A program made the position numbers and the translations under genes. A model generated the notes under the pieces. The model had not been told where the DNA came from. It saw only the letters and a program-made list of their open reading frames with translations, and searched no databases. Positions 52,982 through 64,000 of a stretch of DNA of 64,000 nucleotides are shown here, piece after piece. Numbering within the stretch: position 1 is the stretch's first letter; each line of letters opens with the position of its first letter. The stretch is taken from the NCBI GenBank assembly GCA_002633005.1, contig NMRA01000028.1, positions 1,139,556 through 1,203,555 of the forward strand, written 5' to 3'. The DNA comes from Phoronis australis (Eukaryota; Animalia; Phoronida).

Positions 52982-53855
52982 AGGAGAATGCCACCCGATT
53001 TAATTAGTCTTTTTTACCGTCTTAATCGGTCTATATCCACATCGCCTCTTATACCGTCGACCTCACCTTGCCGAGAGGTATCGCGTTAACTGTGAGGAAG
53101 GTGAGAAACGAGGCATCGACGTCAGTGGTTCGTCTGCAGAGTGAATGCCACTATATTGCGGTGCATCGTTCGCGCTTGTCCGAACTACGAAGCTGCAAAG
53201 AAAGAGGGTATTTCGTTTTTTCGATTTCATGGAGAGCCCGAAATGCTTAGGAAGTGGCTCGCGGTAGTGAAGAATGAAAGGCAGGCTGTTAATAGCAAGT
53301 ATAAGGCCGTGAAACATCTCCGTGTCTGTGACCAGCATTTCGTAGACAGTGATTTCTCTAACGAATTCCAGCTTACCAAAGAACTATCCATACGTTCCGT
53401 TACCTGTGCATGTTCACGGCGCCTCTCTAGTATTTCTTGATCAGTGTATTCCGGTTCGAGCTGATAGCCTGCGAAACCTAGCGATCCGACCCGTGAAGTC
53501 TTCATCGCCTGAGCTCTTGACTAAGTCGGGATTGGCGCGGGCCAAATTGCGGGGTAGGCCTAGACGTTTATTATTCTGCGTTCTGTTTCAAAATGAATTT
53601 CTCATCCTAACCAATTCTTATATGAAACTGAAACAAAATCTGTCTCATTAGATACAATTGTGATGCCTTGGAGTGCTCGTGAGTACAAATGTTTTGAGAA
53701 GCCAGCAACGAATAAACCACTGCGTTACCGGTTTTTGGGGCAACAAAGGTAATTGACCGGGCACCGAGGCCGTGTGAGCGGATGCTAATTCAGTGTTTGC
53801 CGACAGACCGATCTAAATTGATACAAAATAGATTGGTTTTGGGTGGCATTTTCCT
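52982..53855 (+). mobile_element. Kolobok DNA transposon, internally deleted, retaining a THAP domain
   Basis: ttaa|aggagaatgccaccc ... gggtggcattttcct|ttaa, with subterminal atcggtct/agaccgat. THAP reading CIVRAC...FFRF...W...VCDQHF at ~53157-53360. Confidence 0.88.
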
Positions 53856-55596
53856 TTAATAAAACCTTTTTAAGGCTACTTTATTTTCTGATTTTCCCTA
53901 ATTTTATTTCTTACCAATTTGCTTTCTTGAGTTTTGTTACTGTAATCATCTTATGATAAAGCACTTGGGTTTTTAAAATCCAAATTTATTTAAGAAAGGC
54001 AAGGTGGGAGAACTTGCGACTGTCAAGTAGCTCGTGGGGACCGGCTTTGTCGCAAAAACTCATTCAGAATTGAATTCGTGGCGTCTGGGAATAATTGTAT
54101 GGCATACTGACAATGATAATGACAATAATCCACTGCGCCCCAGACAATATTCACAATTTAGATACTCCATAAACAGTGTTAATCTTGTTTTCTAGATTTT
54201 CCGCTGCCGACACCGGATGTTTATAACCCCTTAAGAAACGGAGTGGATAACAAGACGTGCGCATGGAGATCCGGCGACGGTGCACTGGCGCCCTCTCGTG
54301 CCCTTGTTGTTCTTCAACTTCTGGCATGGTCTCTTTGTTTTCGAATTCTTACGCAAGCGTAAACAAGAAGACGCGCGTGCTTAAAAACGCGACGGGTAAT
54401 AATCATTGGGAAAACCCAGAGGCGTTTCAAATCGATTTGGAGTAATCATTTGAACCCGTTCATTATAGAATTTCTGAAACGATGGATTGCACGACTTGAC
54501 GCTTCAACTTGAAAGCATGTTTAGGTTAATATATGAGATGTCTCTATAAAAAAGAATCCAAGGGGACCCTGATGTCTGGGAATCAACTAAAAGCAACTGA
54601 AACTCGCCTTCTATCAAAGTAAAGTCTGTTTTAAGCCTCTTATTGTTATGGACGGTTCCAAATTATTCTTTACTTTGGATTGGAATCATTCCAGAGTTCG
54701 GTGAAGAACTGGTAGTTGATCTGTGCTTGAGTTTTGAGAACGATAACTACTTGGCCGGTCTCGGCTGGTTATTTTATTCCCCGGGTATGGCCTCAAGCAC
54801 GAATGACGAATAGCTATCTATTCCAGAACCACAAATCATTTCAGATCTGAATACGAAGCAAGTTGAGACCAGCCTAGCGGTGAGTGGTCGAAATCAAAGT
54901 ACAGTAATTTTTTACTGAAGGTGGCGTTGTGGCACATTCTATTGTCCGTAGATTGTACATAATGTAATGTTGTTAAAGTATTGTTCATACGTGTTAAATG
55001 ACAATTTTTCTACTAGTACCTTGAAATAATTGTTTTCGAATTCTACATTTAGAGTTCGGCACAATGCTAGAGCAACGTAGGTATACTCTGCCGTACCACG
55101 TAATCTATTTATTTATCACGTGATTTATTTTTGAGTTAATTGATTACATTTCTTGTAAAACTTTCATAGAACGGTTACATCTATAAATGAATGGACATGG
55201 TATCAGCATAATAAAGTAAGATAGAGGAGCGCACATTTATTCTCCGGCTTAAAAGCAATGAATAACTTTCGAGCATATAACGCTCTTCCTCAAATGAGTC
55301 GACAGACTGGCTGACAAAGCATGGGCGAAGTTCGTCTATTTAACTTTTTATTTTTATAATTATTGCTAAGGAATGAATGTAGCAACATAGCAAAATTTGT
55401 TTCTTTTAGGCGTAGACTCGTGCGTCAACTTTTAAGTTAAACAGTTCCCCAAGCCTACTGTTCCTATACATTCACCAATTTAGACCGCAGGATGAGTTTC
55501 GACAGTTTAAAAGTATCGCTGAAATATAAGCATTTCGCAACTTTCAGGTGTTTTTGTTTGCCTTATTTTGATATTAATTTTATATTCGATTTAAAA

Positions 55597-55907
55597 AGTG
55601 GGCGGGATTTCCGCGGGAGCCTCATTGCACATGGCGGCAGTTAAGTGAGTGGCCGTAATGGATGAGAGAGAGAGAGAGAGCTGTCACTCATTGCGGCGAC
55701 CATTTTACATGGTGATACACCAGCAAAAATAAATATTAATCTAAAAACTCCCTATTAAGTTCAATTAAACTAATGATAGTTTTCAGACAAGTTAAGAAAT
55801 CGAGCCAGTATGGCACCAGATATAAATAGTGTAAATAGTGGAAACGTCAAACAAGAAGTGATGAGAAAATTTCGAACCTATCAACGCCAGAATATTGAAA
55901 TAACTAT
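55597..55907 (+). promoter_or_regulatory. Candidate promoter and first exon of a further plus-strand gene
   Basis: GGGCGGGA and ACATGGCGGC motifs, (GA)n at 55663-55680, a TCATT Inr-like motif, and a GTAAGT donor at 55908. Confidence 0.25.
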
Positions 55908-56589
55908 GTAAGTATCCTCATTCGCCATTTCAAACGAGGTATTGCAGAGTCTTAGTAGACGAGGTGTGCTGTACATAGTGATGGTATCGTTGATAGAGTA
56001 TGTGAGATGTGATCAAAAACCATCTCTTTAGTTGCATGGTCGAGGTAGTTTGATTAGGTTTATATGCATGTAGTGCGATGTGTTTAGTCGTAAGAGGTTT
56101 GTTTAGTGTTTTTTACGATCCAAGCTTGATGTGATGAAAAATGTTTGTAAATAATTGTATGTGATATATGTCCAGTATCATGTTTCAAATTGTCAGGGCA
56201 AATTTGTGCGTTTGCATTACGCGTGTTTTTCTTTTAACGTAGAGTCGTTCAAAGGATGTAGATGCCGAGTTATTTGCTTATGATGTCACGAACATAATCT
56301 GCTTCAGAAAAATTTGCTTCTCATTTGTGTGCATAATATGTATATACATTGGGTACGTAGATGGTATTGGATGTGTACGTAGATAAAGTTGTAATAATAA
56401 AGTGTCCTAACTGAATAAGAGTTCAGATTTGGTGCTCACACAGGATACGTGAACAGATGCGTCGCTTGTTGTTTGTTGGTCTAGAGCAAGCTGGAATAAG
56501 GGAGTCGTGATCATCACCGTCGTTCTTGTCAGAAGCATCCATAAATTGTCCTGCCTCCATCGACATCTGCACTATTGACATCTTCACCC

Positions 56590-56790
56590 TTTATCATCAC
56601 CATCATCACCTCCGCCCTCACCTCCACCCTCATCATTATCACCACCACCACCGCCATCACCACCGCCGCCACTACCACCACCATCACTACCAGTGCCATC
56701 ACCACCACCATCACCACCACCACCGTCACTATCACCGTCACTACCACCACCACCAGCACCACCACCTCCACCACCATCATCGTCACCACA
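56590..56790. repeat. (CAC/CAT)n trinucleotide microsatellite
   Basis: Seen directly. It explains the poly-His/poly-Thr/poly-Val ORFs. Confidence 0.9.
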
Positions 56791-59390
56791 ACGTCATGTT
56801 CCGGCATCACTCCCGTGAGCATAGTCACAAGGCATTTTTAAAGGTAATGATTTCGGAACTCACCTTCTGTGTAAACAATGTCTTCGCCTTCTGCTCTTTT
56901 GTAAAATACAGCATCTTCCTAAATCACGTGTTTAGGACAAAAATGAAATACAATGCTATACCCGATTAGACTCGACAATTTTTTGACAACTGCGGTCCGG
57001 CGCGAAGGAAAGGAATAGAGGTGCGAGAGAGAATGCAGTTTGTGGGAACGGAAAATGTTCGCAGGTCAAAATCGCAGTTCGCGAGAAAGCTATGATCCTT
57101 GACAACAGCTAAATAAAGCGAACAGTTTTGGCAAATAATTTCAAGGCGTACCATCTTTCTTCATTTCTACAGGTACACATTATAAAATGTCCGTGGACCT
57201 CCAGTAGTGACTTGAGACAAAATGAGTAGGTTGTTTATAAACTTTGCCAGGAACGGTCCTCTGGAAGAATTTCAAAATCATTTTAGGGATGAAATTTCAA
57301 ATGGTGTTTCACACACACATAAATATAACTTTTCTTCGCACAGCTGGAAATATCACTATTCAAATTTACTTTTCTCACATAATGCACTTACAGAATAAGT
57401 TTAATCGAAAACACATGGAATCAAAAGCTACTTTACAGGTTAATTTCCTAGCAATGATGTAGAGTTGGCAATCCTTGCACTCAAGAAATTCCAATAATTC
57501 CGTAGAATCAAGATCTGCTTATTTGTACTGAGCAATGTCGCAGTGGTGTAAATAAAGGCAGAGATCACATTAAAAAACAGAATTACATCACACTGACGTA
57601 ATCATTGCATGCCTGGAGAATTGTTGTTATTGGATTATTCAAATTAGAACGTTCTCCCGAAATTTCTTGAACTTTGTCCACCTCAGACCAAGGAATATTC
57701 TTTCCTTCATTTAGAAACTGAGATGTGATTAAAAGTAAAGTAGAGAAAGATAATGAGTGCAGTGACAGATTGCGTACCGTGAATAACACGCTTACAAGGA
57801 AGTCACGTATTTCTAAAGATATGTGGGAAATTTCACCGCTCGTCCTTCTGAGCGGCTTTTACCAGGATCAAAGAGAGCGCGGCGCCGAAGTCAGGTACAG
57901 TTGTGATGACCGCATTACCCGATGCGAGCAAGACCCAATAAGTGTAATTACCCGACCATTAAACAAAGGTTCTGATTGTACATAATGGCGAATTTTCAAA
58001 ATGCATTAACCACTAATTTTCGTTAAAAACGAATACCACGGCGGTATTCAGCTGAAAAAAGACAACCAAGTACGGTTTTCGATTTTTAAAAATCGATGAA
58101 CTAATAATCCAAAAACTACAACCATTGATACGATTGAAAATACAGCTCGTATTGATATACTCGGTGGATATTCAAACGCTGATCAGAGTTAACAATATCA
58201 CATGTATTCATTTTTTAATATTCTTTCAATCTCGTTTAACCATCAGTTTGACCAGGAAACAGTTGTACTTAAATTGTGCCCACTTTTATTTTTTTATTAC
58301 TGACAAGGAGCTAGAATAGTTATATAGTCAGTACCACCAAAATTGTCCAGAGATTCCAAGTCTTCAGTTTGGTTATCACCATATTTGCACTTCTGTTTAT
58401 ATTTTATGATTTGAGTTCTAATAAAGATTAAACTTTAATGAAATATTTAGTGTACCTGTAATGTGGAAAGTTCAGGGATGGGCTCACTAATTGAGAATGT
58501 TAAAGTTAGTATTTTAATGATTATTTGTAACTTTATTCCACTGACGGCTCATTTTAGCCCTTAACTTAGAATTTTATTACATAAACTGGCGTATCTTGTT
58601 TCTCATCTTGACATCACGCACTTTTTTGATTGAAGCACAACACACACTCGGCCAGGAAACGCAGTCCGTGCAAGTATTACAATGCGCGTGGCCGACGAGT
58701 TAACTCAATGGTTTTGTCCAAAAGTAAAACCTTCATAAGAAATCACAGTACACAAAAAACTTCGCATATCAATAAAGTATCAGGATAAGTTATATTTGAC
58801 ACAAATATGTGAATAACTACATTTATTTGGCAATAAAGTGCTCTCTGCTTCTCATGATCAAGTAGTCGATGGATTGACGGTGAAAGCCGCGCGAAATTAA
58901 ACTTTCGGATTTAGCTCGGGAGCGTCCGTCAAAAACCCAGATGTGCGAAGACCGTCTGCCATGACATTACGGAATCACTTCCTTGAATTTGTGATTTTGG
59001 CATTCTTTTAGCATTTTTGTCGCCAAATCACCACTCGAAGGCAATTTTAAGAGATCGTATGAAAGAAAGTATTCTAAGAGTTGTTCGATGCTAGTTTCGT
59101 GGAGTTCCATGCACATTTGAGTAGAAAAGTCTGAGCAAACAGATTTCGAGTGTCCAACCTTTATGTTTTCTTACATGTAGTAGTGAGTGACGTCATTTTC
59201 GATCGAGGAACAGATAAACCCAAGCGCCTGTGATTTTAGCGAGGTCCTACCTTAGGTCCTAGCCTTACTCAGAACCCAGGATAGAGTACAATAGCGCTAT
59301 GAAGACCTAGCTAAAAACCAAGACTTCGCAAGATTACGTGAGATATTGCCGTGTATTTCAATTTGAGAACACGTGATCTTGGGGTCCTAG

Positions 59391-59683
59391 CCCCGTGGGA
59401 GGGGGCACTCATTGACAATTTGCCCCACGCAGGCGTGTACCAAAAACTGCTTAGATACACCCTATTGAGGGTGCCAGGTCTACTAATTCCCATCCCCTTT
59501 TCCGGGGGTAGGAAGACGTCCAGTGCGCCTTTTGCGGGGCTGAGGCCAAATGTAGTGAGCCTTTTGCGGCGCATGAAAGGGCCTATGGACCCCGCGTGGG
59601 TCCCACAAAACTTGTTGAAAATTGCCTATCCACAATTTTTGGTACACCCCTGCGGGCGTTGTCATTGAGAGACCCCCGCGGGA
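59391..59683. mobile_element. GC-rich MITE with ~70-bp imperfect TIRs (CCCG..GGGGGCACTC type)
   Basis: cccgtgggagggggcactcattgacaa...cgcaggcgtgtaccaaaaa is mirrored by tttttggtacacccctgcg...ttgtcattgagagacccccgcggg. Confidence 0.75.
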
Positions 59684-60198
59684 TCCTAAAGTTACCCAGA
59701 AGACTGGGCTTCCCACAAAAAGGGGACAGATTGGTCCACGGTATCACTGGTCTTCCTTACGTTAATGTCCGCTCAGTGACAGCAATGCCGTCAACACTCT
59801 AGTTTTACATGCTGTGCACTCACCGTGTCGTCATCAGCAGAGAACTCGGTTCAGTGCGCAACAGTAAAACAAACCTTATCCTACAGCCACCAGGTGGCGA
59901 GATCGAGACTTACCTGTTCCTAGATCATGTCCTTACCACAATTTCTCGTCGTGGAAACCAACGCAGTTTCGTGAGTTTATGGTCCAAAGTATAGTTCAGA
60001 ATGCGGGAACAGTTTATCGATATTGGAAACAGACTAGTTCAGATGCAGAAATAGCCATTTGTCATTGGTTTTGATTCATCCCATAAGATAATTTCACACT
60101 TTTTTCGCCTGAAAATACTACAACTGGAGTTTCATACTATCATACACTTAGTTTCCGTCGTATACTCACTTTGGCTGGGAGAGAATAATTCATTATAT

Positions 60199-60495
60199 CA
60201 TGGGAGGCGCACTACAGTAGCGGGTTTAGACGGGGGCAAGGGGACCATGGCCTCCAATAAAATTCTCCCAGATTCCATTTGGCAGTTCGGGTGTGCGAAT
60301 GTCTGACGGGAAAAATTCTGGCTAACAATCTGCCCCTGGCCCCTATCTCAAAATCCTGGATTCACCATTGGGGGCCGGGGGGGGCTATAGCACCTTTTAT
60401 TTCAGTCCTGCGCCGCGCATGATCTGACAGGCGGCGCATCATATGGGGCTGGAGGGCTATAGCCCTCCAATTATTTCAGTGCAGCGCCGCCCATG
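60199..60495. mobile_element. Cluster of small MITEs: CATGGG.GGCGCA family (60199-60421, 60428-60495) with a CAG.GGCGG-family MITE (60215-60370) nested in the first
   Basis: TIRs catgggaggcgca/tgcgccgcgcatg and a shared gggctatagc..ttatttcagt core. The insert is homologous to 31749-31887. Confidence 0.7.
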
Positions 60496-60641
60496 TATGC
60501 AATGACAAAATTGTAACGAAATGACAAATAAACAACCGGCTTTTTAAATTAACGACACCGAAATATCAAACTAGATACGTGGCTTTCCAAATAAGAAACT
60601 TAATTGTCCTTTCGGTTTGCATGAAGCTTGGATGTCCTCCA

Positions 60642-60883
60642 GACATGTGCGCACCCAGCCTTCGATATGGGGGGGGGCTCGAATTCCAGACGTTGGGGAC
60701 CATTTGCTAACAAAAGAGCGGGCGGACTAAAAAAAACAAACGGGAGCGACTTTGCGCTTATTTAGTGGACTTTTGTCCCATTTTCTCGGACATTTTGTCT
60801 CTCGGAGCGGACCTTAGTGCCCACTTCGCCAATTGGGGGGCTCGTTCGAGCCCCCCCCGAGGCCCCCTGGGTGCGCACATGCC
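60642..60883. mobile_element. MITE with 17-bp TIRs
   Basis: gacatgtgcgcacccag ... ctgggtgcgcacatgcc (1 mismatch), with subterminal ggggggctcg/cgagcccccc. Confidence 0.8.
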
Positions 60884-60892
60884 CGATTCTAG

Positions 60893-60932
60893 TAAGTGAG
60901 TGAGTGAATGAGTGACTAAGTGAGTGAGCGAG
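60893..60932. repeat. (GAGT)n tetranucleotide microsatellite
   Basis: taagtgagtgagtgaatgagtgactaagtgagtgagcgagt is seen directly. Confidence 0.8.
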
Positions 60933-60981
60933 TGCGCCTGTTATGAGTACGTAAGTAAATTATTAAGTGAGTAATATAAGT

Positions 60982-61700
60982 AAGCTTGTTCTGTGCGGGG
61001 ATTGGAATTTGGTCCAAGATTATGACCGGAACTGTTTTGGTTATATCAATCAGAACAATCCTCAGACTAGAAAAACAGTTCTAAATTTACTAAGCAAACA
61101 CTTAATTTCAATGGTTGACCCTTTGAGAGTCTACCGTGAATCCGGACCGTACCTCTTTTACATGGAGTAGGAAAAAACCAGTTAAGAAATCACGCCTTGA
61201 CTTTTTTCCAATTTCCGACGCAGAGTTATTATCTTTGCTAAACGCGGTAGAAATAAACCCAGGCTACATAACTGATCATTCAGCCGTTCGGTTGCAGATA
61301 AAATTCCACTCTTTTGAACGTGGCAGAGGCCGGAAATTTAATAATTCTCTACTCCGGGATAAAAAATATGAGGAGCAAGTAAAAATTATTATTCAAGACA
61401 CCAAAAGTGAATATGCTTCTGATATTGACGAAGCTTTACTGTCTAACATGTTTCTACTAAACATTAGATCTTTCACTCTGTCATAAAGTATTTTCAAAAC
61501 TAAGGAGAAGAAAAACAGAAAACTGCATTTAGAAATGCTGTCCACCAGTTCGTTCAGAATACCCCTTTTCAATTTTTCAGTGATTGGCTAGAAATTCTTC
61601 AGACCGAGTACGAAGAAATTAGAAAGGAATACATCGATGGTTTAATAGTGAGATCTCGTGCTCAGTGGATAGAAAATCGTAAAAGGTCCACATTCTCAAA
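60982..61700 (+). mobile_element. L1/Tx1-clade non-LTR retrotransposon ORF2 fragment (APE endonuclease C-half and downstream linker), frameshifted
   Basis: Motifs LVLCGDWN, FTWSRKKPVKKSRLDFF, PGYITDHSAV, RGR.KFNNSLLRD and YEEIRKEYIDGLIVRSRAQWIEN. Confidence 0.9.
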
Positions 61701-62329
61701 AATTCGAGCTCCCCCATTTTTAGGCTGGGTGCGCGCATGCAATGTCTCACGTACGGTAATCTCGCCAGGTTTTGCTTGAGGTCCTGCGATACTGAACGCT
61801 CCCCTGAACGCTCGCTGGCTGCAACTATTGGCTAACTTATTCACCAAACAATAAATAATTTAACTACTGTACTCACATATTCCTCCAATTCTTTGACACA
61901 GTTTATGGTAAAAGAGAAAATGGGTGATCATGAGGCCAATAATTACAAAAATTCCTTACACTGAACAAAAAAGTTCACCCGATTGCTCAAAGGAATATTC
62001 AATTCCAAGTTCGCGCATATGCGATCTTGAGATTAAGCATGATTCCAAGTTCACGCACAGCAGCTCCCACCTAGCGACACGCAGGAAAACCAGCGAGCCC
62101 TGAAGGAAGCTAATGAAACAACAGATGGCAGCACAAACTTATCTCCGAGTGGCGTGATGCCGGTGGCACGAGTCGGTTTCTGAAGCCAATGTTTAGTTGA
62201 TGATAACTGCACGAGTCATCTCACGTAGGCACTTCTCTGAACACAGGACCTTCAGCTCACCATTCAACAATGGAGGACGTCTTCAAAATATTGGCACCAA
62301 ATAACAGGTGCTACGAAGAACTGTTTGTG

Positions 62330-62612
62330 AAGAATAATTTTAATGACGGTGAGTTGTAACGAGACTGTCGAGAGGTTCATTGCCTGCTTCACACTCACAG
62401 TCACAGTGAGTTATCGGCAGTTACCATCAGAGGTCATTGGACAGGGGGGAACGAGACGGGTGGAGACATGGCTGAAATTGGAAGTATTGGGGAGAGTACG
62501 AGATGAGGCTTCTCAAAGCAAGACTCGTCTATTTTGTGTGAGTGAGACACTCTTCAACCACCTACCCAATCACCAATGTAGCTCTTCCCTATACTCGGTG
62601 GAGTGAACGACC
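62330..62612 (-). mobile_element. Possible Penelope-like GIY-YIG endonuclease remnant
   Basis: The minus strand reads VVHS..., then GKSYIG (62572-62589), and later VKQAMN, resembling GVVY.I.C..C.KSYIGET and VKEAI motifs. Heavily decayed. Confidence 0.4.
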
Positions 62613-62748
62613 AATGAATCCTCAGGGCTTTACCTAGATATTACTTGTTTCGAGAGGACAATTCAACCAAAAAAATTTCTCAACTGTAGACTTTTTCCTG
62701 TGTTCAGGTTGTGAAGTTCCACCTCTACGTTGAAGGCTCTAAAGTCAT

Positions 62749-62878
62749 TTGGCACTGGTCGGATATAGTGGTCCCTGATTTTGAGAACCATGCAGGCAGT
62801 CACTGAATAATGGGCCCATTGTTCAGCGGATGAAAATGGTTCTCAAAATCACAGACTGCTATATCCAACCAATACCAA
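62749..62878. repeat. ~130-bp near-palindrome (foldback)
   Basis: Outer arms ttggcactggtcggatatag...tgattttgagaaccat / atggttctcaaaatca...ctatatccaaccaataccaa, plus an inner palindrome tgaataatgggcccattgttca. Confidence 0.85.
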
Positions 62879-64000
62879 GCCATTTTCCAATTGCTTAACC
62901 TTTTCGTTCCTCATTTAAACAGTAGTACTAGCAACTGATGATTGTTTGGATTATTACTTATAGCAAAGACTGTTAATTTGTTGTGTATTGTTTTGCAGGA
63001 TTGTGTATACACATGGCACTTGGTAACTGTTGGCAGTACAGTGTAAAGGCTGCTTTAGTGTTGGGTAGGTCATAGCCAGCCAGCTAGCTGTATGAAGACT
63101 TATCGTCAAAATACAGCTTGGTACCACTGTGTGTATTTCTTCCGTAGACCCTGAAATTGCACATAGCCAGGGTAGTTCTGCTCGTCACCTCACCGTGAAA
63201 CTTGTATCAACATGTAAAGCTAAAGACCAGATGGGGTGCATGCAAAATCTGAGAATCAACCGACACTCACCTTGCCCGTTACAGCCGTTTAAGTGAAAAA
63301 CAATGCAATAAACGTCATTTTCTTGCATAACTCTCCGCCTTTTCTAACAATGAAAAGTATGTCATCATTTTGAAACCAGTACTCTCATGTCACGCGCACG
63401 TGCCATTTCCTAAACTTTTGCGACAACTTCCCAGCAGGCAAAATTTGTTCTGCAATTCGGTTTTTCGGTATCGAAATTCTAAAAACTTATAATGAAGTGA
63501 AACCAGTTCCAATAATTTGTTGTGACGTGTACGCAAGCTCATGAAAGAACAATAGTTGATTGAAGAATCAGCGAAAAAAACTGGCCAATTGGTGATGCAA
63601 TATTTCATGGCGCTGAAAGCCGTCGCCAAAGATCGCTCCACAACTTTAGCAATAACAGACGAACACCAATTATTTCAACACCGTTAAATAATTTAGTTTA
63701 CTCAAGGAAGACAGTAGTTTTTAATGACACTGATTTTCTGTCAGATTTTATCTTACCACTTTTTTACCCACATCGGTGCAAAGCTGTATATTTAGTATAC
63801 AGCTTTGTACCAAGGCTAGGAAGGTCACAGTCATGGGTGAGCATGTGGAGAATTATGAGGATGATTTGTCTGCTGCTAACTTGTACTGTAAACATTTGGT
63901 TGAGTACTTAGGGCTCTTCATTGGCATTTCTGGTGTGTCTAATGATACTTTTTCTTCTGGTGGGTTATTGTGTGTTGATGGTGTGTTCCATGGTTGCACT

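Noticed and set aside
56526-56969. His-rich 147-aa ORF as a metal-binding protein
   Set aside because: It is a (CAC/CAT)n microsatellite open in several frames and lacks an ATG start. The His-rich ORF at 25427-25609 likewise derives from a (CAT)n repeat.
1-64000. CRISPR arrays, operons or other prokaryotic systems
   Set aside because: The window is spliceosomal-intron-containing eukaryotic DNA, and I saw no regularly spaced repeat-spacer array.

Overview
This is eukaryotic, intron-rich, repeat-rich DNA, most likely from a marine bilaterian invertebrate (lophotrochozoan-like; inferred from the AChE sequence and repeat types, not proven). It holds two divergent protein-coding genes about 34 kb apart. 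(1) On the minus strand (ATG at 8968, running toward the left edge) is a multi-exon immunoglobulin-superfamily gene of L1/neuroglian/contactin/hemolin type. I reconstructed it by hand from 7 phase-consistent GT-AG exons; it has non-canonical cysteine patterns and an unresolved 3' end. (2) On the plus strand is an acetylcholinesterase gene (43093-50357, 3 coding exons, 613 aa) with an intact catalytic triad and a vertebrate-like T (WAT) tetramerization peptide. The rest is a patchwork of decayed non-LTR retrotransposons (RT+RNase H type, L1/Tx1, Penelope-like), a tRNA-derived SINE, THAP-bearing Kolobok- and ISL2EU-like deletion derivatives, many MITEs (some nested) and simple repeats. I found no rRNA, intact tRNA or CRISPR array. 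The best leads are a dual 3'/5' splice site (CAG|GTAAG) at the entry of the AChE catalytic exon, a candidate alternative AChE exon, resistance-type and Cys substitutions in the AChE gorge, and the cysteine-rewired Ig protein. I found no clear-cut novel system. All family assignments come from recognising motifs by eye; no database search was run.
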